64,000 nucleotides of DNA from the IMG/VR virus record IMGVR_UViG_3300032038_000034, positions 38,773 to 102,772 of that record. The stretch is one strand, 5' to 3'. Position 1 is the stretch's first letter, and each line of letters begins with the position of its first letter. The notes beneath the pieces are model-generated. The model ran no database searches, had not been told where the DNA came from, and was given only the letters and a program-made list of their open reading frames with translations. Positions 8,708 through 17,768 of this stretch are shown here, piece after piece. The translations under genes and the position numbers were made by a program. Source of the stretch: a virus. Lineage: Duplodnaviria; Caudoviricetes.

Positions 8708-9298
8708 ATGAACAAAAAGACCCTCACAAACAGATCTATCCAGCTGATTGGTCTGTTGATGTTAGATGAAACAATTGCAGCCAAAGTTAAGGCTGCGGCT
8801 AGCGAGGGCAAATCATTTGAAATATTTGAAGTTGATGACACTACAGGAGTTATTACCCTGGGTGTCACTCGCTTCAGATGGTGGAATCAACTCATCGGAT
8901 GTCAGGTAAAACTGCCATTCACGAGTTGGGCACTTGCCGTATGGGATGCCCTTGTGAGTCTTTCTAAAAATGGCAACGCTGTTGCTATTGAAGAAGGGCT
9001 AAGTGTGGAAATCGCTAAGAAAGCACAGCGCGAAAGTGAGTTTAATTGGGTTGTGGAACGACTCAACGATATCTATGATCATGTAGTTAACAATAAGAAC
9101 GGTGGAGCGTCTCTCGAGGGAGACCCGGGGAAGTCAGGCCCAAGCGTAGTCGTTCGCGAACATGATCACGGAGAAACGGTGGTAAACGTACACATAAACA
9201 ACGAAACTCCTCGCGTGTTCCGCTTTCCTGACGCAACAGGTAAAGCATTTCTTGACTTAGAAATGGGTATTGTAAACGTAACACGATCGCGGAAATAA
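8708..9298 (+). CDS. Hypothetical protein
   Basis: 196-aa ORF starting 2 nt after the upstream stop. Confidence 0.8.
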   Translation: MNKKTLTNRSIQLIGLLMLDETIAAKVKAAASEGKSFEIFEVDDTTGVITLGVTRFRWWNQLIGCQVKLPFTSWALAVWDALVSLSKNGNAVAIEEGLSVEIAKKAQRESEFNWVVERLNDIYDHVVNNKNGGASLEGDPGKSGPSVVVREHDHGETVVNVHINNETPRVFRFPDATGKAFLDLEMGIVNVTRSRK

Positions 9299-9467
9299 CG
9301 ATCCCGTGGGATCAGTTCATATAATATCGAGGTATAATATGAACACTCTAAGAAACTGTTATACAGCAATACTTGGTTCTTTGCCGAGAAATGTATTAAA
9401 TAAAAAACAATCTCATCTATAATACTCGAGGGTATTCGGGGAGTAGGGGATCGAGGTCCCCCTCCCC
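9109..9467. repeat. Four hairpins with an identical TCGAGG loop and unrelated stems
   Basis: Loops at 9114, 9327, 9426 and 9451; stems GTCTC/GAGAC, GTTCATAT-ATA/TAT-ATATGAAC, AATAC/GTATT, GGGGA/TCCCC. Confidence 0.75.
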
Positions 9468-9572
9468 AGAGATTTGTTTTGCTTTGTATTAATTTGTTTT
9501 GATGCAAGGTACGTGTAGGTAATCTCGAATTCAACTAATTAACGGATGTCTAACTAAATCAAATGTTTATAT

Positions 9573-10115
9573 ATGACGAAATCAATTAAGTTGAACGCGA
9601 GTAAGATTATTTCTATCCGACAGGATATTGATAGCAAGAAGAAGAAGTACTGGAGCTATATTAAAGCCGAGAACCTTATGAGTAAAAAGGACATTAAGAA
9701 TGGCTACCGTACACACGATCTGAAGAATCTTTATAATGAGATTACTCAGATGGCACAGAAGCTTGTATACATCAAGGGTATGTTGTTCTACCTGAATATG
9801 GGTATCACAACCTTTGATAAGGAGGCTTTTAAGAAGACCAACAATTATAGTATTTTCATGGCCTGCGAGATGAAGGAGGCCATCTGTCAGCTCAAGATGA
9901 TTCCTACCCTGGACCAGAAGACTAAGGCTCAGAAGGGTCTGAAGAATATTGGTAAGGAGGAGGTATTCACTTCTGCAAAGATTGCTTCTATGATTAAGGA
10001 GTTGCAGTTGAAGGCTAACAAGTTCGATACTGACATGGAGAAGTTTAATAGCGATACAACAATCACTATCGACGAGACTATGATTCCTATGGTAGAGACT
10101 GACTTGACAGCATAG
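9573..10115 (+). CDS. Hypothetical coiled-coil protein
   Basis: 180-aa ORF with biased codons; ends in TAG. Confidence 0.85.
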   Translation: MTKSIKLNASKIISIRQDIDSKKKKYWSYIKAENLMSKKDIKNGYRTHDLKNLYNEITQMAQKLVYIKGMLFYLNMGITTFDKEAFKKTNNYSIFMACEMKEAICQLKMIPTLDQKTKAQKGLKNIGKEEVFTSAKIASMIKELQLKANKFDTDMEKFNSDTTITIDETMIPMVETDLTA

Positions 10116-10126
10116 AAAATAATCCC

Positions 10127-10187
10127 GATCAGAAAGCTGGTGCATGTGTTTATACACATGAGCGGATCGTTCCCGTAACTGATCACA
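10127..10187 (+). ncRNA. tRNA-like mini-element
   Basis: Outer stem GATCAG/CTGATC, hairpin CATGTGT-TTAT-ACACATG, T-arm-like GCGG-ATCGTTC-CCGT; same layout as 1319-1376. Confidence 0.45.
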
Positions 10188-10232
10188 ATATTTCCCAATA
10201 AATAACATGTTTAACAAATTCATTTATCAAAG

Positions 10233-10403
10233 ATGAAAACAAGATACAAACAACTTATCGTTTCATTTGCTCTGTCTAACGAAAGATTAGAGCGAGAAAC
10301 AAAAGATTACGATATCCTTCATGTCGTAAACACTACCGAAGGTATCGTATACGTAATGAAGAAGAAAAGCTTCATTAAGAGACTTATTAACAAGATTTTT
10401 TAA
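10233..10403 (+). CDS. Small hypothetical protein (56 aa, MKTRYKQLIV...), not in the ORF track
   Basis: Translated by hand; preceded by TTATCAAAG like neighbouring genes. Confidence 0.65.
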   Translation: MKTRYKQLIVSFALSNERLERETKDYDILHVVNTTEGIVYVMKKKSFIKRLINKIF

Positions 10404-10423
10404 TTTAATTATATTATCAAAAT

Positions 10424-11137
10424 ATGAGTAAGAATAACACCGTAGACACTGCCCAGAAGGGTCAGACTGCAACTAAGAATAATATCCCCACAGGTAAAGT
10501 AAAAACTCTTGCTGACGCTACAGAGCGTCGTAAGACACGTGAAGAACAGTTCCGTAATTTCCGTATCAACGCCTTGCGTCGTCGTTGTAAACGCATGGGC
10601 TTCGATGAGGAGAAGACGGAAGAGCTCGTAAAGAAGCTCATAGAACAGATGAATGCTCCCAAAGAGTATAACATCGTAGTAATGTTCGATAACTCCGACT
10701 ATAACATGCTTAAGGAAGCTGTTGAGAACGCCAAGATTAAATACAACGTTCTGATAAGCGGAAACACCAAGGCCCGAGTATCACTTGCATACATGTCTCT
10801 TGAGGGCGACCAGAATGTTCTGGCCAAGTTGCGAGAGATTGCACCGCCTAGCGCCAAGATATATCCGTATGCCAAGAAGATGGAATCCGTGCTGCCAAAG
10901 GCAGAGCCGAAGAAGAAGAAACCTTCTAACAACAGTAAGGAGAAGGCCGCTGCTGTAAAAGCTGCACGCAAGGAGAAGAATATTCACATCCATCGCAGCA
11001 AGAAGACCGGAAAGGTCACTAAGAGAGTAGTGCTAAAAACGCTCTCTGCCGTGAAGAAACGTAAGCCTAGTGTAGTTGTCCACCTGAACCCTAAAAAGGC
11101 GTCAGAAGGCTCTAAAACAGCTAAGAAGGCCGCTTAA
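10424..11137 (+). CDS. Lys-rich basic protein, possible nucleic-acid binder; ends KKAA
   Basis: 237-aa ORF; the central segment has an alternating beta/alpha pattern and the tail is very basic. Confidence 0.85.
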   Translation: MSKNNTVDTAQKGQTATKNNIPTGKVKTLADATERRKTREEQFRNFRINALRRRCKRMGFDEEKTEELVKKLIEQMNAPKEYNIVVMFDNSDYNMLKEAVENAKIKYNVLISGNTKARVSLAYMSLEGDQNVLAKLREIAPPSAKIYPYAKKMESVLPKAEPKKKKPSNNSKEKAAAVKAARKEKNIHIHRSKKTGKVTKRVVLKTLSAVKKRKPSVVVHLNPKKASEGSKTAKKAA

Positions 11138-11166
11138 CGTATGTTTAACTTAATCGCAGAAATAAT

Positions 11167-11940
11167 ATGGGAAGTAGCAACGTACGTATTAAGGTTCGTA
11201 GAAGAAAAGTAGCGAATCTTGCAGCCTATAGCCGTCAGCATACCGTTAACAATATACCAAAGAAGAAACCAACGTTTGAACAGAAGGATCTTCTCAAGGT
11301 AGAGTTCAATGATGGTAAGGATGTACATTTTGTACAAAAGAGCACCAAATGGGACGAGAAAAAATATCCACAACCTAAGAATCTCCGTAAGAGATGCCAC
11401 GGCCAAAAGTGGGTAAAATACAAAGACGGTACCGTAGAACTTAAGAAGTGGGATCATCCGTCAGAGTTCCCTAATCCACGCGACTATCAAAAGAAGTTGT
11501 GGAAGAACCTAGGCAAAGCCGCCAAGATGAAGGCATATGAGGACGAGAAGATGAAGAAATGGGAGCGTAAGCACCCTAAGCCTTGTCCTACTGACGACCT
11601 CTTTAAAGACGAATTTATCCCTATGTGGGAGAAGGAACGTGAAGAGGCCTTGATACGCATTAGAGACTTCGTCGTCTCGATGTTTGACAAATTACCGCTG
11701 ACTGGACGCTTTAAGATGAGCGAAAAGAATGCGGTCTACCAAGAGAAGAAGATAGCCGACATAAAGGATATCAACGGGGAAGGTCATAAAGTAAACGAAC
11801 TTGGACCTGAATCCAAACTTCTCAATAAGGCCCAAAAGATTACTAATAAGACACACGCGAAGAATCCTTCGCTAGTGGCTACTAATCTGAAGGACCACAA
11901 GCGCAAGAAAGGTCGTATGATATTGCCAAAAGCGGCATAA
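11167..11940 (+). CDS. Lys/Arg-rich basic protein; ends PKAA
   Basis: 257-aa ORF. Confidence 0.85.
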   Translation: MGSSNVRIKVRRRKVANLAAYSRQHTVNNIPKKKPTFEQKDLLKVEFNDGKDVHFVQKSTKWDEKKYPQPKNLRKRCHGQKWVKYKDGTVELKKWDHPSEFPNPRDYQKKLWKNLGKAAKMKAYEDEKMKKWERKHPKPCPTDDLFKDEFIPMWEKEREEALIRIRDFVVSMFDKLPLTGRFKMSEKNAVYQEKKIADIKDINGEGHKVNELGPESKLLNKAQKITNKTHAKNPSLVATNLKDHKRKKGRMILPKAA

Positions 11941-12157
11941 ATACGATAGATAAAAGATAGGAATAGGTACACCTCTCAATGATGTGTAAAATACTGATAA
12001 ATATGCGTATCGGCAGACCTAAGAGTGTAGGGATCGCTATTTGGTTAATGGTTAATGTCACTCTATTGCCAGGATAAATCCAAGTAAACTCCGATGTCCT
12101 ATCTTTCTAATATAATGCACAGTAAAGCCTCTACATAGTACGTAACTGTGTGTAAAA

Positions 12158-12231
12158 GAGTGAGTTAGCTCAGTTGGTAGAGCAGCGAGTTAAGTCGGCT
12201 ATGTCGCAGGTTCGAGCCCTGCACTCACTCC
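12158..12231 (+). tRNA. tRNA-like gene with intact acceptor, D and T arms but a defective anticodon arm
   Basis: GAGTGAGT/ACTCACTC stem (identical to the 1319 element), GCTC-AGTTGGTA-GAGC, GCAGG-TTCGAGC-CCTGC. The segment AGCGAGTTAAGTCGGCT cannot form a 5-bp stem with a 7-nt loop. Confidence 0.7.
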
Positions 12232-12258
12232 TAGTATTAACTAAAGAACCTATGAGTC

Positions 12259-14151
12259 ATGTGGATACGAAATCGAATAGTCTACGTATACGACGTAGAG
12301 ATATTCCCTAATTGTTTCCACTGTTGCTGTAAAGATACAGAGACCGGTAGACTATACAAATTTGAAATATCAGAAAGAAGGAATCAGCTAGAAGATCTAG
12401 TTGATTTCTTTTATTATACACACGAAGATTATTTCAAATTGTTTTGTGGTTACAATAATCATCACTATGATGATGTAATCATAAACTATATGATAGACTA
12501 CAGGAAAAAACTAGCAAGTTTACCTTACTGGAAAATTTGTAATTCTTTGTTTAATCTATCTACTACGATAGTGGAAGACGAAGATGGGAGCCGTGAGAAG
12601 CTCAAACGATGGAAGTATGCACATTGCTTCGAATCGATGGACTTGCTCACAATGCAGTTTAGTCAAAAGCTTAGAGTGGGTTTGAAAACCATGCAGGTTA
12701 CAATGCACTATAAGAATGTCTATGAGTACGAAGGAGACTTCGATCAACCTTTGCCTGTAGATAAAATTGACGAAATGATAGCATACAACATAAACGATGT
12801 TGAGTCGACTACAGAGTTATTAAACCGCTTGAAAGAGCAAATCGATTTGAGGTTGTTTATCGAGAAAGAACACGGCATAGATTGTCTTTCTATGGACAGT
12901 GTTAAGATGGCAGAGACCTTCCTGTTAGAAGAATATTCTAAGAAGTCAGGTATTCCTAAAAATGTTATAAAGGAAATGCGTTCTCCTATGGATTATATTC
13001 CGTTGAAGGATGTTATTCTGCCATTTATAAAATACAAAAATCCAAAGTTACAAGACGTTCTTGAGGATATGAAGAAACAGGTCGTATACTCTAAAGAGCG
13101 CAAAGGCTATGAGAAGAAGTTTGTTCTCTCAAATGTGGTGTATTCAGTAGGTGTAGGTGGAATCCATTCCATCCACACTCCAAAGATATTCCTCCCTAAA
13201 GATGACGAGCACATTGGACACGCCGATGTTACGTCCATGTATCCGTCCTTATTGATTAAATATCAATTTGGCCCTCGTCACTTAGGAAAACTTTTTTGCG
13301 ATATATTCGAAGGTATTTACTATGAACGAATAGAAGCAAAACGTACTGGTCAAAAGATTAAGAATCTGTTTCTAAAGATCGTGCTTAATTCTCCTACAGG
13401 AAAGATGCAACAGGAGGTAAGTTGGATGTACGATCCGTTCAATGTTTTTAAGATTAGGATAAACGGTCAACTAATTCTTTTAATGCTCGTAGACAGGCTT
13501 TTAGAGCTCGGCTGTGAAATTATACAGGTGAACACTGACGGCGTTGTCTACAGGGCTAAAAACAGCCTTAAAGATGGAATTGAGAGAGCCATTAAAGAGG
13601 TAGAACAGATCACTCAACTTGGTTTTGAAGTGGATGAGTACGAAGCATTCTATCAATATGCCATCAATGACTACTTTGGGGTCATGAAGGGATATTCAGA
13701 GTCGAAAGACCCAGATCTGATAGAGAGAAAAGGTATGTTTATAACTAAAACAAAGCTTGGGAAGGGATTAGCACCTGTAATCATTCCCAAAGCTGTTATA
13801 GAATACTTTGTCAACAAGATACCGGTGACAGAAACTATTGAGAAGGATAGAGATATCCGTGATTTCTTAATGTCTCAAGCTGTAGATAAGAAATTTAAAG
13901 TTGTACACGGTGAAAAACCTATACAACGTATCAATAGATTTTATGCAAGCACAGATGGTCCTTATCTCTATAAAGTAGATCCAAATGGAGACAGAGATAA
14001 AACCAATATGTTAACTAAATCAGGAGTAACAATCCTGAATAAATTTGATGATACCCCGATAGAAGATCGCAAGATTAACTATCGTTACTATATCAGTGAA
14101 GCCAAAAAAGTGATAGCAGACTTTACTGAACAACAGCTATCGTTATTTTAG
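12259..14151 (+). CDS. Family B DNA polymerase
   Basis: ExoI YDVE, ExoII GYNNHHYD, PolB motifs DVTSMYP, KIVLNSPTGK, NTDG; ends TAG-TAA. Confidence 0.95.
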   Translation: MWIRNRIVYVYDVEIFPNCFHCCCKDTETGRLYKFEISERRNQLEDLVDFFYYTHEDYFKLFCGYNNHHYDDVIINYMIDYRKKLASLPYWKICNSLFNLSTTIVEDEDGSREKLKRWKYAHCFESMDLLTMQFSQKLRVGLKTMQVTMHYKNVYEYEGDFDQPLPVDKIDEMIAYNINDVESTTELLNRLKEQIDLRLFIEKEHGIDCLSMDSVKMAETFLLEEYSKKSGIPKNVIKEMRSPMDYIPLKDVILPFIKYKNPKLQDVLEDMKKQVVYSKERKGYEKKFVLSNVVYSVGVGGIHSIHTPKIFLPKDDEHIGHADVTSMYPSLLIKYQFGPRHLGKLFCDIFEGIYYERIEAKRTGQKIKNLFLKIVLNSPTGKMQQEVSWMYDPFNVFKIRINGQLILLMLVDRLLELGCEIIQVNTDGVVYRAKNSLKDGIERAIKEVEQITQLGFEVDEYEAFYQYAINDYFGVMKGYSESKDPDLIERKGMFITKTKLGKGLAPVIIPKAVIEYFVNKIPVTETIEKDRDIRDFLMSQAVDKKFKVVHGEKPIQRINRFYASTDGPYLYKVDPNGDRDKTNMLTKSGVTILNKFDDTPIEDRKINYRYYISEAKKVIADFTEQQLSLF

Positions 14152-14181
14152 TAACCAACTTAGAGCCCCCGAGTCAATAGT

Positions 14182-14748
14182 ATGATTATTGAAGTAAATA
14201 CAAGACTTCTGGATGCAAATCCAGAACTGAATTCAAATCAATTATTGTTCCTAAGTATTGTATTGGATAAGAATCAGCCAAAATATCAAGACGTCCAAAA
14301 GGTCATCAACCTTGTCAGTGATGACGATATACAGTACTTAGTCGACCAACATTTGGTCACCTCGATAGAGAGAGGTGATTCAGTTACATATGAGCCAACG
14401 GAAGAGTTAAAGCAAAGTATAGCACCTAAGAAGGACTATTTTGACCTCTTCTACGATATGTATCCCGTGTATGTTGTTCGAGCAGATGGCAGTAAATCTT
14501 ATTTGCGTGCGAACGTAAACAAGTGTCGTCATTTCTTTAACCTCAAATGTGGTCGTAGCTCAGCTATGGCAGAACATATCATCAAGTGTCTGGATTATGA
14601 AATATCTAAACGGATGCGTGAAGGTAGCCTTAGTTATATGATGACTATGTGGAATTGGTTAACACGTAGTCAATGGGAGGCCATTGAAGATGAAATGAAC
14701 GACAAGAAGCAAACACCAGTAAACTCTTATGGAACAGAACTTATCTAA
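14182..14748 (+). CDS. Putative replication initiation or helicase-loader protein
   Basis: Lies between the polymerase and helicase; wHTH-like N-terminus with 'FDLFYDMYP' and 'WNWL..SQWE' segments typical of phage replisome organisers. Confidence 0.6.
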   Translation: MIIEVNTRLLDANPELNSNQLLFLSIVLDKNQPKYQDVQKVINLVSDDDIQYLVDQHLVTSIERGDSVTYEPTEELKQSIAPKKDYFDLFYDMYPVYVVRADGSKSYLRANVNKCRHFFNLKCGRSSAMAEHIIKCLDYEISKRMREGSLSYMMTMWNWLTRSQWEAIEDEMNDKKQTPVNSYGTELI

Positions 14749-15652
14749 CATACGTCCAATGAGCGTTGTTGCTCAAGAAGCAATCAACTATATCAAAGGA
14801 CGAAGAGAGCATAACATTGTTTCTCTTAAAACTAGATGGGAAAAGTTTAATAAGCAGTGTATGGGAGGTATAGAACCAAATACCGTTTACACCATAGCTG
14901 GTATATCTGGAACTGGTAAGTCGAGCTGGGTTAATAGTTTGACAACCGATATAATTGATTTGAATCCAACTGAAGACATAGTCATTCTAAACTTCTCGTT
15001 AGAGATGGTTGGATTTAGGCAAGTAGGAAGGACGCTTTCGAGTAAACTTCGTAAAACGACTTCTGACTTGTATAGTTCTGAAAAGGACCTGGATGACGAA
15101 ACGTTTAAACGTGTTATTGCAGTATCTAATCAGCTGAAGGAATATCCTATATATTTTGTGGATAACCCAAGCACTCCTTCAGAGGTAGAAAAAACTATAA
15201 AGAATTTCTATGAAACGTATGTAAAGGGTTCTAAGAAACACTTTATTATCGTATACGATCACACGTTGCTGACTAAACAAGTAGGTTCTGTAATAGAGAC
15301 TACTTCGGAACTTGAGCGAGTATTTATACAAGCTAAAAAGTATCCGATGACATCAGTGATTCAGATTGCACAAATGAATAGAAATATCGAGTCTTCAGAA
15401 AGGATAAATAACCCATCGAGTCATTACCCGATGCGAAGTGATTTATCGTCATCTGATGCGATGTTTCAGGCAAGTGATTACGTGCTTGTCATGCATAGAC
15501 CAGAGATATTGAACATTCAAGAGTACGGACCAAACCGTTTACCTACACAAAATAAGGTTTACATGCATATGTTGAAAAACAGAGACGCAGGCAAACCTTG
15601 TATTCTTGAATTCGAGAACGATTTGATGTACAATAACCTGATCGAACGTTAA
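14729..15652 (+). CDS. dnaB: DnaB-like (SF4) replicative helicase
   Basis: Walker A AGISGTGKS, FSLEM, IVYDH, AQMNR, SDL..S..MFQASD, KNR. Confidence 0.93.
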   Translation: MEQNLSNIRPMSVVAQEAINYIKGRREHNIVSLKTRWEKFNKQCMGGIEPNTVYTIAGISGTGKSSWVNSLTTDIIDLNPTEDIVILNFSLEMVGFRQVGRTLSSKLRKTTSDLYSSEKDLDDETFKRVIAVSNQLKEYPIYFVDNPSTPSEVEKTIKNFYETYVKGSKKHFIIVYDHTLLTKQVGSVIETTSELERVFIQAKKYPMTSVIQIAQMNRNIESSERINNPSSHYPMRSDLSSSDAMFQASDYVLVMHRPEILNIQEYGPNRLPTQNKVYMHMLKNRDAGKPCILEFENDLMYNNLIER

Positions 15653-15693
15653 TGCTCAGATGACAAGTATTAACAATTAAAATAGGCTGATTT

Positions 15694-16161
15694 ATGATTA
15701 CGACATATACTTTTGGTAAGAAGAATAATAATAGTTACAATCCCTTTCACACTAGTAGCAAACCCAACTATTCTAAGATTCTTGATGATATCATTATTGC
15801 TGATGTAATTAAGAAGAATAGTTATCTGTTCAATAAGACGGACAATACGGCAGCTATCGACACCACTCTCCTGGGTGCATCGTACGATTCTGATTTCGAT
15901 AAGGCTGTTAAGTTCCTTGCCAATTACAAGAAGCCGAAGAAGAATTATATTCTCCCCTTCGCGCTGAATAAAATGTATACTCTTTCTGACGGTACTCCCA
16001 TTATCTTCTACGATGATGAGATTCAGATTGGTTTTGATACGTATAGCTACGCTGATTTCAGCGACATTTCGTTCATTAACGCTCTGACACCTAAGAAAAA
16101 GAAGATTATTATTGATATCTATACGTTTGGCAACGCTAATATCAATATTAATATTCTTTAA
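15694..16161 (+). CDS. Hypothetical protein
   Basis: 155-aa ORF within the replication operon. Confidence 0.8.
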   Translation: MITTYTFGKKNNNSYNPFHTSSKPNYSKILDDIIIADVIKKNSYLFNKTDNTAAIDTTLLGASYDSDFDKAVKFLANYKKPKKNYILPFALNKMYTLSDGTPIIFYDDEIQIGFDTYSYADFSDISFINALTPKKKKIIIDIYTFGNANININIL

Positions 16162-16182
16162 TCATTAGAACTATAAGTCAAT

Positions 16183-16929
16183 ATGATAACATTACCTACT
16201 CAAAAAGTTCCTGCAACTTCAACTAATCCGCAGTATTTAATCTTATACGGTCTTCCTAAGAGCGGTAAGACGAGTGCTGTAGCTCAGTTGGAGAATAATC
16301 TCATCATAGACCTTGAAGGCGGATCTAAGTTTATTGATGCGCTAGCTGTTCAGGCACGTACCATCAATGATCTTGGAGAGATTGCACAAGCCATTCGAGC
16401 TAAGAACGATGAGGTAGGACATAATTTTTATAGACACATTACTATCGACAATGCTACACGTCTCGAAGATATTTGTATGAGCTACGCGTGCACACTTTAC
16501 AGACAGACCGAATTAGGAAAGAACTGGAAAGGAAACGATGTTACAACACTTGCACGAGGAGCAGGTTATAAGTATTTAAGAGATGCAGTAAAGAAGGTAA
16601 TTGATATGTTCAAGGACCTTTGTGACGAATTTATTCTGATAGGACACGTTAAAGATTCTATTACTGATAAGGATGGACAAGAAGTCAATGCTAGAGAAAT
16701 CGACCTTGTTGGAAAACTCGGACGAATTGTATGCGGACTCGCAGATGCGGTCGGCTACGTTTATCGAAAAGAAAATGAGACTCATGTCTCGTTTAAAGGC
16801 GGCGATGGAGACTCCGTCCTCGAAGCAAGAGCGAAACATCTTGCGGGAAAAGATATCATCATTTCTACAGGAAATGAAGACGGATCAATAACAACCTATT
16901 GGGATCGTGTTTACAAACCAGAAGTATAA
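16183..16929 (+). CDS. Sak4-like / AAA_24 P-loop ATPase (single-strand annealing)
   Basis: YGLPKSGKTS, IIDLEGGS, ITIDN, ILIGH, ADAVGY; adjacent to the SSB gene. Confidence 0.85.
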   Translation: MITLPTQKVPATSTNPQYLILYGLPKSGKTSAVAQLENNLIIDLEGGSKFIDALAVQARTINDLGEIAQAIRAKNDEVGHNFYRHITIDNATRLEDICMSYACTLYRQTELGKNWKGNDVTTLARGAGYKYLRDAVKKVIDMFKDLCDEFILIGHVKDSITDKDGQEVNAREIDLVGKLGRIVCGLADAVGYVYRKENETHVSFKGGDGDSVLEARAKHLAGKDIIISTGNEDGSITTYWDRVYKPEV

Positions 16930-16946
16930 CTCAGAGTTTAAGAATT

Positions 16947-17555
16947 ATGTATAGTACAAAAACAGCAACAACAAATAACCAGGAGTTTAATAGCTCCTAT
17001 ATGCCTGTAGGCATCAACGAGAATGTAACCTTGAAAGAGGTTAATGTAAACAAAACACCTAATGGTCGTGACTTCTTGGAGATAATCTTTGAGAATGAGA
17101 ACGGTCAGACAGCAACTATGACAGAGTGGAAGAACGAAAAGAATCAGTGGATTGCTACCGACGAAGATTTGCAGCGTCGTGACGATGCACAGTTTGGTCG
17201 TATTCTGCAGGTTATAGATGCAGCAAACGGTAACCATACCGACTTCGAAGGAAGTTCGTTTGTGGAGATGATTAACTGGGTAAAAGCTCAGCTTGAACCA
17301 GCTACAAATCCTGCAAACATGCGTCAAGGTATGCGTTTGAAGGTTGTTTACGACAAGAAGGGTTATACGAAAGTTAGCTCTCTTGGTACTTTTGTTGAAC
17401 CTATGAGTGTAGAAGAGTCTCAGATTAAGCTTTGGAAGAATGATCTTCTTGAGCGTCCTGTTGTAGCAGATGTTGAACCTGCTGCAGATCCGCTCGGTGT
17501 AACTACCGCTCCGGTGACTGAGACTTCAACAGGTGCTGACGACCTGCCTTTTTGA
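16947..17555 (+). CDS. Single-stranded DNA-binding protein
   Basis: Beta-rich core and acidic tail ending DDLPF; start placed at MYSTKTA (ATG 16947). Confidence 0.75.
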   Translation: MYSTKTATTNNQEFNSSYMPVGINENVTLKEVNVNKTPNGRDFLEIIFENENGQTATMTEWKNEKNQWIATDEDLQRRDDAQFGRILQVIDAANGNHTDFEGSSFVEMINWVKAQLEPATNPANMRQGMRLKVVYDKKGYTKVSSLGTFVEPMSVEESQIKLWKNDLLERPVVADVEPAADPLGVTTAPVTETSTGADDLPF

Positions 17556-17652
17556 TTCGTGGTATTATAAACCACGAAAAATGTATATCGGAAACGGTTT
17601 ACTAGAGCAAATGGTCAGTGGTGGAGGTTGACTTCTGGTCAACCCTTGGTTA

Positions 17653-17747
17653 AGTATAGATGCTAAAGCGGCCGAGTACCCTAGAGGGAAAGCATTTGAC
17701 GTCTAAGGCGTGCGGTGCACACAGAGGTTCGAGTCCTCTCTATACTA
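17653..17747 (+). ncRNA. tRNA-like element with expanded, non-canonical interior
   Basis: Perfect AGTATAG/CTATACT acceptor stem plus A, and T-arm AGAGG-TTCGAGT-CCTCT. The interior has ATGCT/AGCAT, ACGTC-TAA-GGCGT and GTGC-GGT-GCAC hairpins. Confidence 0.6.
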
Positions 17748-17768
17748 CAATAATTTAAATTAAGTACT

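Noticed and set aside
17557-17579. Hairpin after the SSB gene as a terminator
   Set aside because: It is followed by an A-run rather than a U-tract on the coding strand.
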